A DNA stretch of 64,000 bases, from the NCBI RefSeq assembly GCF_000189555.1, contig NC_017276.1. The stretch is one strand, 5' to 3'. A program made the translations under genes and the position numbers. The stretch comes from Saccharolobus islandicus REY15A. GTDB taxonomy: Archaea > Thermoproteota > Thermoprotei_A > Sulfolobales > Sulfolobaceae. Positions 1 through 12,066 of this stretch are shown one piece after another (the first letter of the stretch is position 1; every line of letters starts with the position of its first letter). The notes under the pieces are model-generated. The model saw only the letters and a program-made list of their open reading frames with translations. It was not told the origin of the DNA and ran no database searches.

Positions 1-1
1 T

Positions 2-2563
2 TTGTATAAGTCCTACTATTATTCCCAAACCTACGTTTCCAAGTAAAGCACCTAAAGAAGATGAGAATATCATAAGCGATATTTGATCTGCAGTAGAATA
101 AGCTAAAATTACCTTTTGTTCATTTGATGCTAGAGCATTAACACTTGTATATAATGCAGTAAATAACGTTATTCCCACCATTATTGCGAAGAATAAATAA
201 GTGTTTGTATTTATGGGTATAAATTGATAAGTAAAGAATGTAAGGATGGCTCCTAAATTAACCATGGTAGCTGCATGTATTAGAGCACTGACTGGCGTTG
301 GACCAGTCATAGCGGTTAATAGCCATTGAGTGAAAGGAAATTGTGCGCTCTTAGCAAGCCCCCCTAAAAAGAATACTAGCAATATTAACCACCCTTCTGG
401 ACGTGAAGCTACAGTAGATAATGCAGAAAATACTGTAGATAATATATTTGAGATAGGATACAAGATATAATTGTAACTTGATAGTGAAAGCAAATAACCT
501 AATACTGCTAACAAGCCAACATCACCTACACGAGTGAAAATTAAAGCTCTGATCCCACTAGTTGTTGGTTTGGAAATGTTTTCAATTCCAAATATTCTTC
601 TTCCAAAATCTCCAACTACATTTCTTTCATTGTCATCTAACCAATAGCTAATTAGACCATAGGAGGCTAGGCTAGTTCCCTCCCATCCCGCAATAAACAG
701 TAGAACATTATTAGCTAACACAACAGATAGCATTGACGTTACGAAAAGCCCAAAGAACCCCCAGTATCTTCTTAAAACGTTATCCTCTCTCATATACCCT
801 ATGCTATATAATGCTATAAAGAATGATAGTGAAGACACGAAAAGGGATAAAATAGATTGAAGCAAGTTCGCACTAAATTGTAAATAACCAAATGAGTATG
901 ATAATTGGGGATGCCCGAATAACGGTTGCCCTAAATTACTAACTAGCAATAACGCGGATAAGACCATTGAAATACCTATTGTCAACACCACTATTGCTCC
1001 TCTCAAATCTTGATTTAATGACTTCGGAGTTATTAGTGCAATTAATGAACCTATAACAGGTAAGAATGCTACTAGTGGTAAAATTATGGAATTTGAAAAC
1101 AATAATGTAAATGTTAAAGACGGAGATATGTACTGAGGAATAAAGAAGGTAATTATACTAACTACTCCAATCAATAGCATTGGGATTGAGTACTCTTTTA
1201 GATTGTCAAGATTCTTATTTTCCTTTTTGCCAGCATAAACAGTCTTGAATAAGTAACCTATATACGCTGAAGAAGTACCTATTGCAATCATTATAAAGGC
1301 TACTATTATTATAAACCCTGCTAATCCTATCTTATCTAATATCGTACCTACCGAAAATATTAATAACGCTTCACTTATCAAACCAATTGTTGGAGGTAGA
1401 CCTAGGAGATTTAAAGTACCTATAAACGCCATCGTTGAATGAAGAGGGGAAGATAGATAAAGTCCACCTAATTTTTCAATATTCCTTTCATTTAGTTCAG
1501 TTATTGATGCACCAGCACTCATGAATAGGATAGCTTTTCCGAATCCATGAGAAACATAGATTAGGATACTTGCCAATATTCCTAAAGGTAATGAGATAAT
1601 AGAAGTCGATAGTCCTCCTAAAAAGGCGATGGAAGCACCTAATAGCATATAACCCATTTGAGAAACACTTGAATACGCTAAGAATCTCTTGAAGTCTTTT
1701 TGGGCCAACGCGTTAATTCCGCCGTAAATCATTGTTATAAGGGCCCATGCTATAAATATAGGGGCTATGAAGGACATAGTAGGGAATAGATAATAGTAAA
1801 TGATAACTACGAATATTCCTAAACCCACCATATTTGGACTTAATAGTACTGAAATAGGAGTTGGAGCTTCACCATGAGCATAAGGTAACCATATATTAAA
1901 ACCAGCTTGAGCACCTTTTATAAACATTCCAATAACTGCTATTATAAATACCAAAATAGAGTAAGGTATCGTGGAATAATTCACAAAAGTATAGGCATCA
2001 GTATAAATATTCATAGAATCTGAAGTAAGACCTATTATTATAATTGAAGCCAAAAGCAGTATTGTACCAATATGCGTCCAAATGAAATACATAAGGCTTA
2101 TCCTACGTCTATCACCATACCCGTAAAGTGCTATTAGCAAAAATGACGAGATTAGTGAAATCTCCAAAAATATGTATAGCTCCAATAGATTAGTTGATAG
2201 TACAGTATACAGCATGGAAAGACCAAATAAAGTGTATAAAGCGTAGTAAAGACCCCAATTATGTTTGTTTTCTTCCTTGAACTTATGTTCCATGTATCTT
2301 AAGGAGTATATAGTAGTTAGCAATGTAACTATTAGAATAGTTATTATAAATGGATAATTGAGATTGTTTATAACTATTCCAAAATCTTCTATATATTTTG
2401 AGACAAAAATGTATTCATAACTACCTTTTAAAAATAAAAATGGAACGTTTATAGCTATCGACAGTAGGCTTACAATAAATGAAGCTATTCTTGATCTAAT
2501 AAAAAATATTGAGACTGCCAATATAAATGAAATTACCAATAATATAAAAGAGAAATAAATCAT
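2..2563 (-). CDS. nuoM/nuoL: Complex I antiporter-like subunit, NuoM-NuoL fusion (runs off the window start)
   Basis: Missing from the ORF track. ATG at 2563, 1 nt after the nuoK stop. Hand translation gives a NuoM-like N-half ([15 protein letters not shown]). It reads without a stop across the junction at ~1260-1050 ([27 protein letters not shown]) into NuoL motifs ([32 protein letters not shown]). Confidence 0.85.
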   Translation of the reverse strand, partial: MIYFSFILLVISFILAVSIFFIRSRIASFIVSLLSIAINVPFLFLKGSYEYIFVSKYIEDFGIVINNLNYPFIITILIVTLLTTIYSLRYMEHKFKEENKHNWGLYYALYTLFGLSMLYTVLSTNLLELYIFLEISLISSFLLIALYGYGDRRRISLMYFIWTHIGTILLLASIIIIGLTSDSMNIYTDAYTFVNYSTIPYSILVFIIAVIGMFIKGAQAGFNIWLPYAHGEAPTPISVLLSPNMVGLGIFVVIIYYYLFPTMSFIAPIFIAWALITMIYGGINALAQKDFKRFLAYSSVSQMGYMLLGASIAFLGGLSTSIISLPLGILASILIYVSHGFGKAILFMSAGASITELNERNIEKLGGLYLSSPLHSTMAFIGTLNLLGLPPTIGLISEALLIFSVGTILDKIGLAGFIIIVAFIMIAIGTSSAYIGYLFKTVYAGKKENKNLDNLKEYSIPMLLIGVVSIITFFIPQYISPSLTFTLLFSNSIILPLVAFLPVIGSLIALITPKSLNQDLRGAIVVLTIGISMVLSALLLVSNLGQPLFGHPQLSYSFGYLQFSANLLQSILSLFVSSLSFFIALYSIGYMREDNVLRRYWGFFGLFVTSMLSVVLANNVLLFIAGWEGTSLASYGLISYWLDDNERNVVGDFGRRIFGIENISKPTTSGIRALIFTRVGDVGLLAVLGYLLSLSSYNYILYPISNILSTVFSALSTVASRPEGWLILLVFFLGGLAKSAQFPFTQWLLTAMTGPTPVSALIHAATMVNLGAILTFFTYQFIPINTNTYLFFAIMVGITLFTALYTSVNALASNEQKVILAYSTADQISLMIFSSSLGALLGNVGLGIIVGLIQ

Positions 2564-2564
2564 T

Positions 2565-2852
2565 TTATTCCACCTCCAGTTTATCTTTTTGTCTATAATA
2601 CAAGAGAACAGCTGCGAACGCGACTACAACTTCTGTTAAGGCCATACCTATTGCGAAAAGGGAAAATATTACAGGCTTGTAGACCATACCTACGACACTG
2701 GAATAGGAGAAAACAAATAAAATTGACGCATTTAAGATAATTTCGGACGATAATAATACTCGGATAATATTTGATGTTGAGGATAGACCATATATGCCTA
2801 TCCCTATCAAGAGACCAGATATTATGATACCTAATAAACCAAGATCCATCAT
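2565..2852 (-). CDS. nuoK: NADH-quinone oxidoreductase subunit K
   Basis: 3-TM protein with LLSSEIILN and [10 protein letters not shown] motifs; operon position. Confidence 0.9.
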   Translation of the reverse strand: MMDLGLLGIIISGLLIGIGIYGLSSTSNIIRVLLSSEIILNASILFVFSYSSVVGMVYKPVIFSLFAIGMALTEVVVAFAAVLLYYRQKDKLEVE

Positions 2853-2854
2853 TT

Positions 2855-3358
2855 CTAATCCCTCCTAGCTAAAGCTATTGCTTCAATTAAAGTAGTTAAT
2901 AGAGCTACGATAAGTATAATCAATGGGAACCAATAGTTTTCTAAAAGATCATTAGCTAATATCTGGAAATTAATTGGTTGCAACGTTGATGGAGAAACTT
3001 TAAAATTAGATATAAAAATTGTAATTAAGAATAGAAGAGTTACTGCTCCTCCGGCCAATATCCCTAATGATCCTCTACGAATCCTAACTTCTAGATCCTT
3101 AAACATGACTAAGGAAATAGCTAGGAAAGTTACAGTCGCTCCCACGTAAAGAAGAATGTGAAACACTGAGTATATGCCATAAGTTGAAGGTGCTTCTAAC
3201 GCTATTAGTGCAGCTATGCTTAAACCTAGAAATGCTAGACTTACTGCACCATAAAATACATTCTTAGCTCTGACAATGTATATCGAAAACGCTATAGCCA
3301 TAGTCCCAAAAAATGCAAACAATGTATATTGTATTATTTCACTCGTCTGCAGGTACAT
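2855..3358 (-). CDS. nuoJ: NADH-quinone oxidoreductase subunit J
   Basis: 5-TM protein with HILLYVGA motif; operon position. Confidence 0.9.
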   Translation of the reverse strand: MYLQTSEIIQYTLFAFFGTMAIAFSIYIVRAKNVFYGAVSLAFLGLSIAALIALEAPSTYGIYSVFHILLYVGATVTFLAISLVMFKDLEVRIRRGSLGILAGGAVTLLFLITIFISNFKVSPSTLQPINFQILANDLLENYWFPLIILIVALLTTLIEAIALARRD

Positions 3359-3842
3359 ATTTTATCCCCCTCTTCTCATCTACTACTGCTTTTACTTTTC
3401 TCACTGGCTTATTTTCTAGGGGAACCTCATCTACATCTACGTTAAATCTATCAGGGTCAAAAATTAGTTGTTTTCTAGAATTAAAAACGAGATCATGAAC
3501 TTTAGTTTCTTTTAACGCATCCACTGGACATACGTCTACACAGAAACCACAGAAGACACACCTACCATAATTTATTTGAGGGAACTTCTTTCCACTTTGC
3601 GTTACCATTTTCATAGCATCTGCTGGACATATTAATGCACATAAAGTACAGCCTATACATACATCTTTGTAAAGTCTAATCATTCCTCTATAACCAGTAG
3701 GAAGACTAAGACTATCCTCTGGGTATTGCAGCGTTATTCTCTGAGGTTTTACCAAATACTTTATACCCGTAACTATCGATTGTATATGTTCTGCAAATAG
3801 ACTTGCTATATTTTCTTTCTTATATTCTTTCACCTTATCCAT
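3339..3842 (-). CDS. nuoI: NADH-quinone oxidoreductase subunit I
   Basis: Two CxxCxxCxxxCP 4Fe-4S motifs, TLQYP; start moved to ATG 3842 (MDKVKE). Confidence 0.93.
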   Translation of the reverse strand: MDKVKEYKKENIASLFAEHIQSIVTGIKYLVKPQRITLQYPEDSLSLPTGYRGMIRLYKDVCIGCTLCALICPADAMKMVTQSGKKFPQINYGRCVFCGFCVDVCPVDALKETKVHDLVFNSRKQLIFDPDRFNVDVDEVPLENKPVRKVKAVVDEKRGIKYVPADE

Positions 3843-4888
3843 AAATAACCCACCACCACACCTAATATTAAGGAAGCTAAGGCAAGAGGGAAGAAATACT
3901 TCCAACTCCCCCTTAGAGCTTGATCTATCCTATACCTTCCATAAACCGCTCTAAGAAAAACAGCAAAAAATACTATTATTGCGGCTTTGAAAACAGTAAA
4001 TACTGCACCAGCAAATCCAGTGAATGGTAGCCAACCACCTAAAAACAAGTCCACAAAAAGAATTGCATAAACTAAATTCGCTATATAAGGACCTGCCATG
4101 GTTAACACAAATAGAAAACCACTATATTCAGTGTAAGGACCTATAACTAATTCAGTTTCAGCTTCAACTATTTCAAAAGGAAATCTTGAAGAACCTATTA
4201 ACATTGCAACTAAGAAAACGAATGCCGCAATAGGATTAGCTATAAATCCTGGTATTCCAGAAGTCACGATCTTAGCGACATCAAGTGTATGGTACTCTAA
4301 TGCTAACGCAAGTGTGGAAATTATTATTAGAACGTCATAAGATACTGACAGATAAGCTTCCCTTATAGATCCTACTACAGCAAATCTATTGTTAGTATTC
4401 CATGCCAAGAATATGACAAGGATTGGATATAGAGATTCCAATGCAATTATTCCTATCAAATTGTACTCGATAAGGTATGGAACTAACACGCCTTGATGAA
4501 TTTGGCTATCATAAAATATACTATGGTACACTGATAAAATAGAGCCTTGAGGTGGAATAGTGGAAATTGGTATAAGAGACATGGGCAAAAACGCAAATAT
4601 CAAAACTAGGACCGGGGACAGTGCATAGAGTGTTTGATTTACTCCATTAGGAACTATTATTTCCGAGAAGACAAATTTTATAGCGTCTGCAAATAACTGG
4701 AGCAATCCTCCTATCCTTTTAGATGCATAATAAGGACCATACCTGAGTTGAACTATAGCAGCGGCTTTCCTTTCAAACCATATAGTGACTAAAAGAAAAA
4801 TTAGAGTGTATATTAGTCCAGGAAATATTACTGTCAAGAAAAATGAAGGATAAAAGAAATAATATTGTAAAGCGGAGAGAACACTCAT
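3830..4888 (-). CDS. nuoH: NADH-quinone oxidoreductase subunit H
   Basis: [22 protein letters not shown] and [16 protein letters not shown] motifs. Confidence 0.95.
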   Translation of the reverse strand: MSVLSALQYYFFYPSFFLTVIFPGLIYTLIFLLVTIWFERKAAAIVQLRYGPYYASKRIGGLLQLFADAIKFVFSEIIVPNGVNQTLYALSPVLVLIFAFLPMSLIPISTIPPQGSILSVYHSIFYDSQIHQGVLVPYLIEYNLIGIIALESLYPILVIFLAWNTNNRFAVVGSIREAYLSVSYDVLIIISTLALALEYHTLDVAKIVTSGIPGFIANPIAAFVFLVAMLIGSSRFPFEIVEAETELVIGPYTEYSGFLFVLTMAGPYIANLVYAILFVDLFLGGWLPFTGFAGAVFTVFKAAIIVFFAVFLRAVYGRYRIDQALRGSWKYFFPLALASLILGVVVGYLWIR

Positions 4889-6120
4889 TACCTATCAGCC
4901 TCCGGAGGGAAATAATCCAAACTACCGTAAATCGAAACTAAATCGGCGTATCGCGAACCTTTACATAATTCCTTAAAAACATATATTGACCTATAAGAGG
5001 GAGTTATCATTCTTAACCTATAAGGTTTAGGAGAGCCATCACTTACTACATAATATACTAGCTCTCCTCTTCCAGCCTCAACTCTAGATATAGCTTCACC
5101 CTTAGGTGGTCTAAATGAAGCGTAATAGCCTGGCAATACAATACGTCTATATGTTTCCCAATACTTCTTAAGCCTAGTAGGAGGTATCTGTTTAAAGAAC
5201 CTATCTGATAAAATATTACCCTCTGGTATATTCTTTATTATCTGCTCTAATATTCTCATACTTTGTTCGATTTCTTCTAATCTTACTAAACCTCTTGCTA
5301 GACCATCTCCCTCTTTATATACGGGAATCTCAAAGTCTAACTTATCATAAGCTCCATACGGTTCTATCTTTCGAACATCATAGTATACTCCAGATGCTCT
5401 TAAATTAGGCCCAACAGCACCCCACTTGATAGCGTTTTCTTTACTCATTACTCCAACATTTTCGAGCCTCGCTCTAATTGATGGATTGTAAAAGAAGATT
5501 TTTTTCCAATCTTCTAGCCTTCTGCGCTGATATGAAATGGCCTTTAAGGTCATATCTTTTATTTCTTGCGATATATCTCTTCTAACTCCACCCGGTATTA
5601 CATACGAATTAGTAACTCTTGCCCCCGTTAATGCTTCCAATATGGTAACCCATACTTCTCTATCTCCAAAACCCCACATAAACCCAGTAGAATGACCTAG
5701 GAATATCGACAAAATACCTAATCCATAGAGGTGGCTAGCTATCCTATTTACCTCTGCTGCAAAACTTCTCAAATACTGTGCCCTTTCTGGGACGTCAACT
5801 CCTAAAATCTTTTCCACCGCAATAATATAGCCTAAATTCATATGTATAGAATCTAAAATTGCTGGCCTCTCTACTAAAGGTATAAGATGCATGTAATTTC
5901 TATTTTCTGAAAGTTTTTCCACCGTCCTATGAACATAGCCGACATCTAAGTCTACATCCTCTATGATATCTCCATTTAATTTTACAAATATCCTCATATG
6001 ACCAGAACCGGGATGTTGTGGACCTACATTAAGCTCCCCTTGAACTGGTATGAACTCCACAGACATCCCAGTAGCTGCTAGTAGTTGTTCTTGTGCTTCA
6101 TTCTGTGGTTGGCTTGTCAA
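4888..6120 (-). CDS. nuoD: NADH-quinone oxidoreductase subunit D
   Basis: [26 protein letters not shown] motifs; no NiFe CxxC ligands. Confidence 0.95.
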   Translation of the reverse strand: MTSQPQNEAQEQLLAATGMSVEFIPVQGELNVGPQHPGSGHMRIFVKLNGDIIEDVDLDVGYVHRTVEKLSENRNYMHLIPLVERPAILDSIHMNLGYIIAVEKILGVDVPERAQYLRSFAAEVNRIASHLYGLGILSIFLGHSTGFMWGFGDREVWVTILEALTGARVTNSYVIPGGVRRDISQEIKDMTLKAISYQRRRLEDWKKIFFYNPSIRARLENVGVMSKENAIKWGAVGPNLRASGVYYDVRKIEPYGAYDKLDFEIPVYKEGDGLARGLVRLEEIEQSMRILEQIIKNIPEGNILSDRFFKQIPPTRLKKYWETYRRIVLPGYYASFRPPKGEAISRVEAGRGELVYYVVSDGSPKPYRLRMITPSYRSIYVFKELCKGSRYADLVSIYGSLDYFPPEADR

Positions 6121-6592
6121 CGAAAATCCCCTCCAACTTAATCTTAAATGATTTTCTTAATGGATATACTCCTTCAAAATCCTCATCCAAGAAAAATCTC
6201 CTAAGGTCTGGATGACCCTCAAACCTAATTCCCAACATCTCATAGGTTTCCCTTTCTCCAGTCCAAGCACTTTCAAATATTGAATATAATGAAGGCAAAG
6301 AAGGATCTTTATACGTTACTGTTATTCTTAAGGCTAGTATTATTTTGGCCAGATCCAAATTTGAGTATGAAGATATATGATAAACCACCTCTAGTTTCTC
6401 TTGCTCAGGATAATCTATGCCAGTTACTGCTTTAACATGATCGAACCCAAAATTTTTTAAGTGATTTGCTACATCTTTCATAATCTTCTTATCAGGCACA
6501 ATCACAGTTATTCTTCTATCATTTTCAATTTTAGCTTGACATTTAAACTTAGTCTGTAAATCATTTATAAGACTTTTTAACGCTTCGCTCAT
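6098..6592 (-). CDS. nuoC: NADH-quinone oxidoreductase subunit C
   Basis: [20 protein letters not shown] and YPLRK motifs; start ATG 6592. Confidence 0.93.
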   Translation of the reverse strand: MSEALKSLINDLQTKFKCQAKIENDRRITVIVPDKKIMKDVANHLKNFGFDHVKAVTGIDYPEQEKLEVVYHISSYSNLDLAKIILALRITVTYKDPSLPSLYSIFESAWTGERETYEMLGIRFEGHPDLRRFFLDEDFEGVYPLRKSFKIKLEGIFVDKPTTE

Positions 6593-6978
6593 CTTCTCAT
6601 CTCCCACTGATATAATAAATTAATTTGTTTAATGGCGTAATATAGAACAGGATACATCAAAACAATAAACAGCACAATTATCAATAACAAATCCCTGAAA
6701 GCTACTACTGTCGTGTAATAGTCAGAGAATGCAATCGGAAGTAATAATACAATTATTGGCTCTAAGGTAACATAAAGTAATAAATAACCATAATATTGTA
6801 AGGGGAACCAAAGTCTTCCTAAACCCGTTGGAATATTTCCTGCCTCAAATCGACTAACCTTTAAGGGGTTAGGCTTCGATGGAAGTATTAGCAGCAAGAA
6901 CTTGTAAAGACCGTATCCAGCACCCAGAAAAGCTACAATGGGAATCCCAAATCCTAAAATAGCCTGTGTAAATGACAT
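6589..6978 (-). CDS. nuoA: NADH-quinone oxidoreductase subunit A
   Basis: K..RFEAGN loop, [12 protein letters not shown]; 3 TM. Confidence 0.92.
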   Translation of the reverse strand: MSFTQAILGFGIPIVAFLGAGYGLYKFLLLILPSKPNPLKVSRFEAGNIPTGLGRLWFPLQYYGYLLLYVTLEPIIVLLLPIAFSDYYTTVVAFRDLLLIIVLFIVLMYPVLYYAIKQINLLYQWEMRR

Positions 6979-7057
6979 CGCATGTGTATATAAAAGATGA
7001 TCATTTAAATACTCTTCGTTAAAAAGTTACAGTTAAAAGTTCAATACTACAGGAAAG

Positions 7058-7840
7058 TTATTTAATATTATGTAATATTGAACGCGAATTTATAACGCAT
7101 TTTTTAATCCCATCTCTCAACACTCCCTCAATACACCTTTGAGATATGAACTCTAATTTGTAATCTTTAAATATATCTTCTAAAGTTATACATTCGTTTT
7201 CATTTCTTATGAAGTTTTCATGTATAATACAATTTGGCCCAGCATATTTAAACAAGTATGGATGGACTTTCTTAACTTCCTCAAGCATCATCCATGCTAT
7301 GGCACGGATTTCCCACTGAGCTCTACTACAAAGCCTTAACGCGAAGAAGTTATATAATTCCCTAGCGTTCATTGTCACTACAATATTAGTGTTTACTCCA
7401 TTTGGTAGCACATATCTAGCATCTTCTTCTGGTACACCAGATTGTAAAAGATTGAAGTAGTTGTCATAAGCTTCCTTATACGCTTTCTCTATGAACTCTC
7501 TGTCCCTTTTCTTAGCTGATGGCGGAACTATCGGCTTATAATAATCATCAACTGGTTTAGCGAAACGGTGGGACATTTGTGTATATGAGGCTATCCTATG
7601 TCTCACTAATTGATGAGATGCAACTCTTGAAATGCCCTCTATCGAAAACGTGTATACAGAATGCTCAAGAACACTCCAGTATCCATGGAGAATTGCGTCC
7701 TTAATCCATATCTCGACCTCGTCATTACTCATCTCCTTCTCATGATAATCCCAACCCTTCCTACTCCTACTCATCTTAGCTGCAATAGCAATGACTTTCT
7801 CCCCATCATTCGTATATGAGACTAACTTAACAGAGATCAT
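7058..7840 (-). CDS. thyX: FAD-dependent thymidylate synthase
   Basis: [16 protein letters not shown] ThyX motif, [14 protein letters not shown]. Confidence 0.96.
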   Translation of the reverse strand: MISVKLVSYTNDGEKVIAIAAKMSRSRKGWDYHEKEMSNDEVEIWIKDAILHGYWSVLEHSVYTFSIEGISRVASHQLVRHRIASYTQMSHRFAKPVDDYYKPIVPPSAKKRDREFIEKAYKEAYDNYFNLLQSGVPEEDARYVLPNGVNTNIVVTMNARELYNFFALRLCSRAQWEIRAIAWMMLEEVKKVHPYLFKYAGPNCIIHENFIRNENECITLEDIFKDYKLEFISQRCIEGVLRDGIKKCVINSRSILHNIK

Positions 7841-7966
7841 ATCAAATACTACTATCTCTCATTACATTTTTAAGAAATATGGTTCATGGCTCTATTGAAG
7901 ACTTACTTGATCTAAAATATTCATGTAACTTTAATAAAAATAATTTCGTATCAATATCATTGTAAT

Positions 7967-8299
7967 TTATTGAGAAAGATCGCTAAACTTCTCAATTAAT
8001 CTGGTTAAAATCCCGGCGTTCTTCTCTGCATCCTTTTCAATTTGATCTAGCGTCTTTTTTGCCTCCTCATTTTGTAGTAATGACAACTTTTGCTTATAAG
8101 AAACTATTGATTTTAATTCTTCCTCTAGAGAGTCTAAAAGCAAAGTTAATTCTTTGCTATCGATCTTAGCATTTCTGATTGCTTTCTCTCTCAAACATGT
8201 ATAATGAGCAACACCATTTTTTAAATAAGTGAATAACTCATCCCAATATATTGTATTATTACATAACACACACTTCCATTTTGTAGCAGGACGACTCAT
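7967..8299 (-). CDS. Small Zn-finger plus coiled-coil protein (DUF2175-like)
   Basis: WKCVLC...HYTC putative Zn ligands then a helical region; start moved to ATG 8299 (MSRPATKW). Confidence 0.65.
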   Translation of the reverse strand: MSRPATKWKCVLCNNTIYWDELFTYLKNGVAHYTCLREKAIRNAKIDSKELTLLLDSLEEELKSIVSYKQKLSLLQNEEAKKTLDQIEKDAEKNAGILTRLIEKFSDLSQ

Positions 8300-8339
8300 A
8301 GATAGTAGAAGTTTTATATGTAAATAAGCCTTACGGTTA

Positions 8340-9521
8340 ATGATGATACTAAATTCACGCATACTTGATGACGCTAAATTCTTCGACAAGCCCATATTAC
8401 TATTTTTTACCGACGAAAACTGCAAGGACTGTGACATTATTTATTCAAAACTACAAGAGTTAATAATTTTTTCAAAATATATAGGCAAAAAGGTAGATGC
8501 ACTAGAATACATTCCGTATACTATCAGACTAACACGAGGAATAATACCAACAATTACTATTCTTACTCCTACTCTAGATTTAATCGCGGTAATAGAATCT
8601 AAAGATCTTAAATTTATTGAGACCAAACTGAGAGAGATAGTGGATCAATATAAAAGAAAAGTAATAAAAGGTATAAAACTAGAAGAATATACCCCCGGGC
8701 CTTTAGAACCCACTCCTAGTATAATATATGAGACAGTAAATAGAGTAATTGAAGGTTATGAAGCGGATAGTAGAATGATAGAAGTTTATTTTACATACAC
8801 TAACGTATATAAGGAATATCTTAAAATAAAAGACAAAATAAAATACTCTGACGATTTAGCTAGATATCTTTTAGAAGGAAAAGGAGAAATAAAAATCGAT
8901 GAGAAATACTCTGCAAACATTGCAATGTTAGTAAATTACGGCATAAGTAGTGTACAAACATTAATAGATTTTATAGATGCTGGTAGCGGTGAAGTATATA
9001 GAAGTAAGAGAAAAGAAAGTAAGGGAATTTTACTTGATGAAGCTTTAACAGGTAACGCATTAGTTAGTGAATATGAAAGAACACTAAATGAAGACTATCT
9101 TAATCTTTCTATAAAAATTGCAGAATACATAAAGAATAATTTACAACACGAAAAAGGTTTTAGAGACATAAAGGAAGTTGATGATATAACCAAAATACCT
9201 TATTTAGAGCCAATTTCAAACTCTGAAGCTTCCATATTCTTTTCACGATTATGGAATATAACTGGTGATGAAACATACAAAAATTTAGCTCTCAAGGGAT
9301 TAAGCAGTGCGTTAGGAGGTTCTCTAGATAATCCTAAGGTTATTGCAAGAGCGGCAATAGCTTATCTCAAACTTTTCGATAGTATAAAAGCTAATCGTTA
9401 CCTTAATATTATAGATGCGAGAATTACTATAGTGAAGAATAATGGTTGCCAAGATTCTATGCTATATTATAATGGGAAATGCTATTCAAAAGTTGATGAA
9501 ATACAGCCTACAACTTTTTAA
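8340..9521 (+). CDS. Thioredoxin-domain protein, YyaL/SSP411-like
   Basis: N-terminal CKDC with Trx-like pattern; C-terminal helical repeats ([24 protein letters not shown]). Confidence 0.65.
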   Translation: MMILNSRILDDAKFFDKPILLFFTDENCKDCDIIYSKLQELIIFSKYIGKKVDALEYIPYTIRLTRGIIPTITILTPTLDLIAVIESKDLKFIETKLREIVDQYKRKVIKGIKLEEYTPGPLEPTPSIIYETVNRVIEGYEADSRMIEVYFTYTNVYKEYLKIKDKIKYSDDLARYLLEGKGEIKIDEKYSANIAMLVNYGISSVQTLIDFIDAGSGEVYRSKRKESKGILLDEALTGNALVSEYERTLNEDYLNLSIKIAEYIKNNLQHEKGFRDIKEVDDITKIPYLEPISNSEASIFFSRLWNITGDETYKNLALKGLSSALGGSLDNPKVIARAAIAYLKLFDSIKANRYLNIIDARITIVKNNGCQDSMLYYNGKCYSKVDEIQPTTF

Positions 9522-10212
9522 AATATCTTGTCATATATTTACTCAATAACCTACTACTACCCCCTTCACATATCGTTCGAAATACTCGGTATTTCTCTAT
9601 TGGAAATAATTTGCCAAGGGCTTCAAATCCATGATTTTTAAGCGAAATCGGTGCATCTACCGAAGAAATGCCAGTTAGAATTAGGTGATTAGCTGAGATC
9701 TGACTAAGAATCCTATCTATTGTATTATTGACTAGAGAAGATGCAAAAATGAGTGCAGTAGAGCATACTTCATGAGATAATGAAGAGAAAGGTCTTATTT
9801 CAGTACTACCCACCCTCTTATTTTCCATAGATATAAAATCGTAAACAATCACGCTATCGAAATTACTATATGATAATTGTGGTGAAAAACCAAATACGCA
9901 AAGCTTTCCTCCAGAGTATAAATTAATAGGATCACCTTGCGTAAAATCATTTATATCTCCTAAAGCATTTAGAATTGCTAGAGATAAAGATCTTTGTAAA
10001 TTCGAATCCAGATTATTTATTACAACATTATATGCATTTTTCCCTATTATCTCACCAGCACCTTCTATCTCACCATCTATTATAGTATGCGAAATTCCTA
10101 TGGATTGATCATCTAACATTACTGATGTATAAGTAGGGCTAACACATACGTTTATAATCTTCCTTTGCTTTAACTGATATGATAATTCCTCAATAACTTC
10201 CCTAAGGATCAA
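9508..10212 (-). CDS. Rossmann-like domain protein (DUF364/DUF4213-like)
   Basis: Enolase-N-like start, SLSLAILNAL, and IFASSLVNNTIDRIL pattern. Confidence 0.6.
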   Translation of the reverse strand: MILREVIEELSYQLKQRKIINVCVSPTYTSVMLDDQSIGISHTIIDGEIEGAGEIIGKNAYNVVINNLDSNLQRSLSLAILNALGDINDFTQGDPINLYSGGKLCVFGFSPQLSYSNFDSVIVYDFISMENKRVGSTEIRPFSSLSHEVCSTALIFASSLVNNTIDRILSQISANHLILTGISSVDAPISLKNHGFEALGKLFPIEKYRVFRTICEGGSSRLLSKYMTRYFKKL

Positions 10213-10223
10213 ATTATCACTCT

Positions 10224-11309
10224 TTACAATATTATTTTACCTTTATCATATACATGTTCCTTTACTTCCTTATTAGGCAAGATTATCGTGCGTCGATTTA
10301 TAAGCACTCCATCACTAGTAATTACCTCTTCGCCTAAAATAGACCCATCTAGTATATGATTCCATCTTCCTATCTTAGTTTTGTCAGCTATTATAGACCC
10401 AGATATATATGTATACTCTTTAACCTTCACCTTATTCATTAGGATACTCTCAGATATGTAAGTCCCTTTTCCTACTTCCACATCATTGCCCAAAATAGTA
10501 TTGGACGCAATGTAAACGTCATCTTCAATGACATTTTTTGAACCAATATAATAAGGAGGAATGAGTGTAGATTTCTCACTAACCTTAGCTGATGAATTAA
10601 TATAGCCCTTAGGGTATTTTTGTACTAGTACCTCAAAATTAAGCCTAAGATAGTCGTCAGGGATTCCTATATCCGCCCATATCCCATGATATTTATATAC
10701 CGCAATGCATTTGGTTCTAAGTAGCTTAGGTAAGAAGTCTTTACTAATAGAAGATGGAGTATCCACTAACTTGAATAGATCCTTTTTAAAAATATATACT
10801 CCACCATTAATTAAATTACTTATGGGTTTTTTAGGTTTTTCTATTAATTCCACTAATATGTCATTTTCGGTATAAAGTACGCCATATCTTCTAGGATCTT
10901 GTACCTCCGTTCCTACTATTACAGCATCACAACTCTTTTTATAATAAAAATCTAGAAGTGATTTCACATCTATTTCACTATAAATATCTCCATATATAAC
11001 TAGAACATCCTCATCTAAATTATGCTTCTCAGAAATCAGTTTTAAAGGACCCGCATCACCTAAAGGCTCATCTTCAACTTCAATCTTAACCTTATCTATC
11101 ATATTAATATCCTTTAAGTAGTCAATTATCTTATCAGCCATTACTCTTAATGATAAATATATATCAACAACACCAGAATTCATAAGACTTTCTAGAATAT
11201 AACCTAGAATAGGTTTATTTAAAATAGGGAAAAGAGCTTTCGGCTTAGTCAAACTTAAGGGCCTAAGTCTAGTAGCATAACCTCCAGCTAGTACAATTGC
11301 AGATACCAT
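10224..11309 (-). CDS. NDP-sugar pyrophosphorylase (mannose-1-phosphate guanylyltransferase-like)
   Basis: [26 protein letters not shown]; C-terminal hexapeptide repeats. Confidence 0.9.
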   Translation of the reverse strand: MVSAIVLAGGYATRLRPLSLTKPKALFPILNKPILGYILESLMNSGVVDIYLSLRVMADKIIDYLKDINMIDKVKIEVEDEPLGDAGPLKLISEKHNLDEDVLVIYGDIYSEIDVKSLLDFYYKKSCDAVIVGTEVQDPRRYGVLYTENDILVELIEKPKKPISNLINGGVYIFKKDLFKLVDTPSSISKDFLPKLLRTKCIAVYKYHGIWADIGIPDDYLRLNFEVLVQKYPKGYINSSAKVSEKSTLIPPYYIGSKNVIEDDVYIASNTILGNDVEVGKGTYISESILMNKVKVKEYTYISGSIIADKTKIGRWNHILDGSILGEEVITSDGVLINRRTIILPNKEVKEHVYDKGKIIL

Positions 11310-11342
11310 ACTAAGAAAAATGCGATGATGGATAAAAAACTA

Positions 11343-11978
11343 TTACTTCGTTAAATATTTCTGTAACTTCTTTTCCGCTGCGTCCCAATTTACTACATTC
11401 CACCATGCATTAACGTAATCAGCTCTCTTGTTCTTGTACTGAAGATAGTACGCGTGCTCGAATTCATCTAATATTAATATTATAGGTATTTCTGCTATAT
11501 GATTCATGAAGTGATTTTCGAACGTCATAATTTGTAAATTGCTTGACTCAGTATCATAATAGAGAACAGCCCAACCAGTTCCTGGTAGTGAATTAGCAGT
11601 TTCAGTAAATACTTGCTTAAACCTATCAAAACTACCATATTGTTTATTTATTAAGTCTGCTAGTGCACCACCAGGTTTTCCACCACCTTTCCCATTTGGT
11701 GCCATATTTTCCCAATATAAGGCATGCAATTTGTGCCCATTAATGTTAAACGTAAGGCCACGCACAATGCCTTGAATATCGTACTGCCCAGCTTGCAAAT
11801 CTCCTTTTACTACTTTTTCTAGTCTTTCTAGGAGTGAGTTTGCTCCATTTACATAGCCTTTATGATGCCCATTATAATGTACATCAATTATATCTTTACT
11901 TATATATGGTTCTAATGCATCTACCTTATAGGGTAATGGAGGCAATTCGTACTTTTTAAACTGAATTTGGAGAGTCAT
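11343..11978 (-). CDS. sod: Fe superoxide dismutase
   Basis: [20 protein letters not shown] metal ligands. Confidence 0.97.
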   Translation of the reverse strand: MTLQIQFKKYELPPLPYKVDALEPYISKDIIDVHYNGHHKGYVNGANSLLERLEKVVKGDLQAGQYDIQGIVRGLTFNINGHKLHALYWENMAPNGKGGGKPGGALADLINKQYGSFDRFKQVFTETANSLPGTGWAVLYYDTESSNLQIMTFENHFMNHIAEIPIILILDEFEHAYYLQYKNKRADYVNAWWNVVNWDAAEKKLQKYLTK

Positions 11979-11999
11979 AGGTATAGATATGAAGAACCG

Positions 12000-12007
12000 T
12001 TTATATC
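12000..12007 (-). promoter_or_regulatory. TATA box of sod (leaderless-type spacing)
   Basis: GATATAAA on the minus strand 22-29 nt upstream of the sod ATG, with an A-rich BRE-like stretch upstream. Confidence 0.55.
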
Positions 12008-12066
12008 TTTAACTTACTAAAGCTAGTAAACCATATATATCTTTGAGAGATAATATTATCTTAAGC

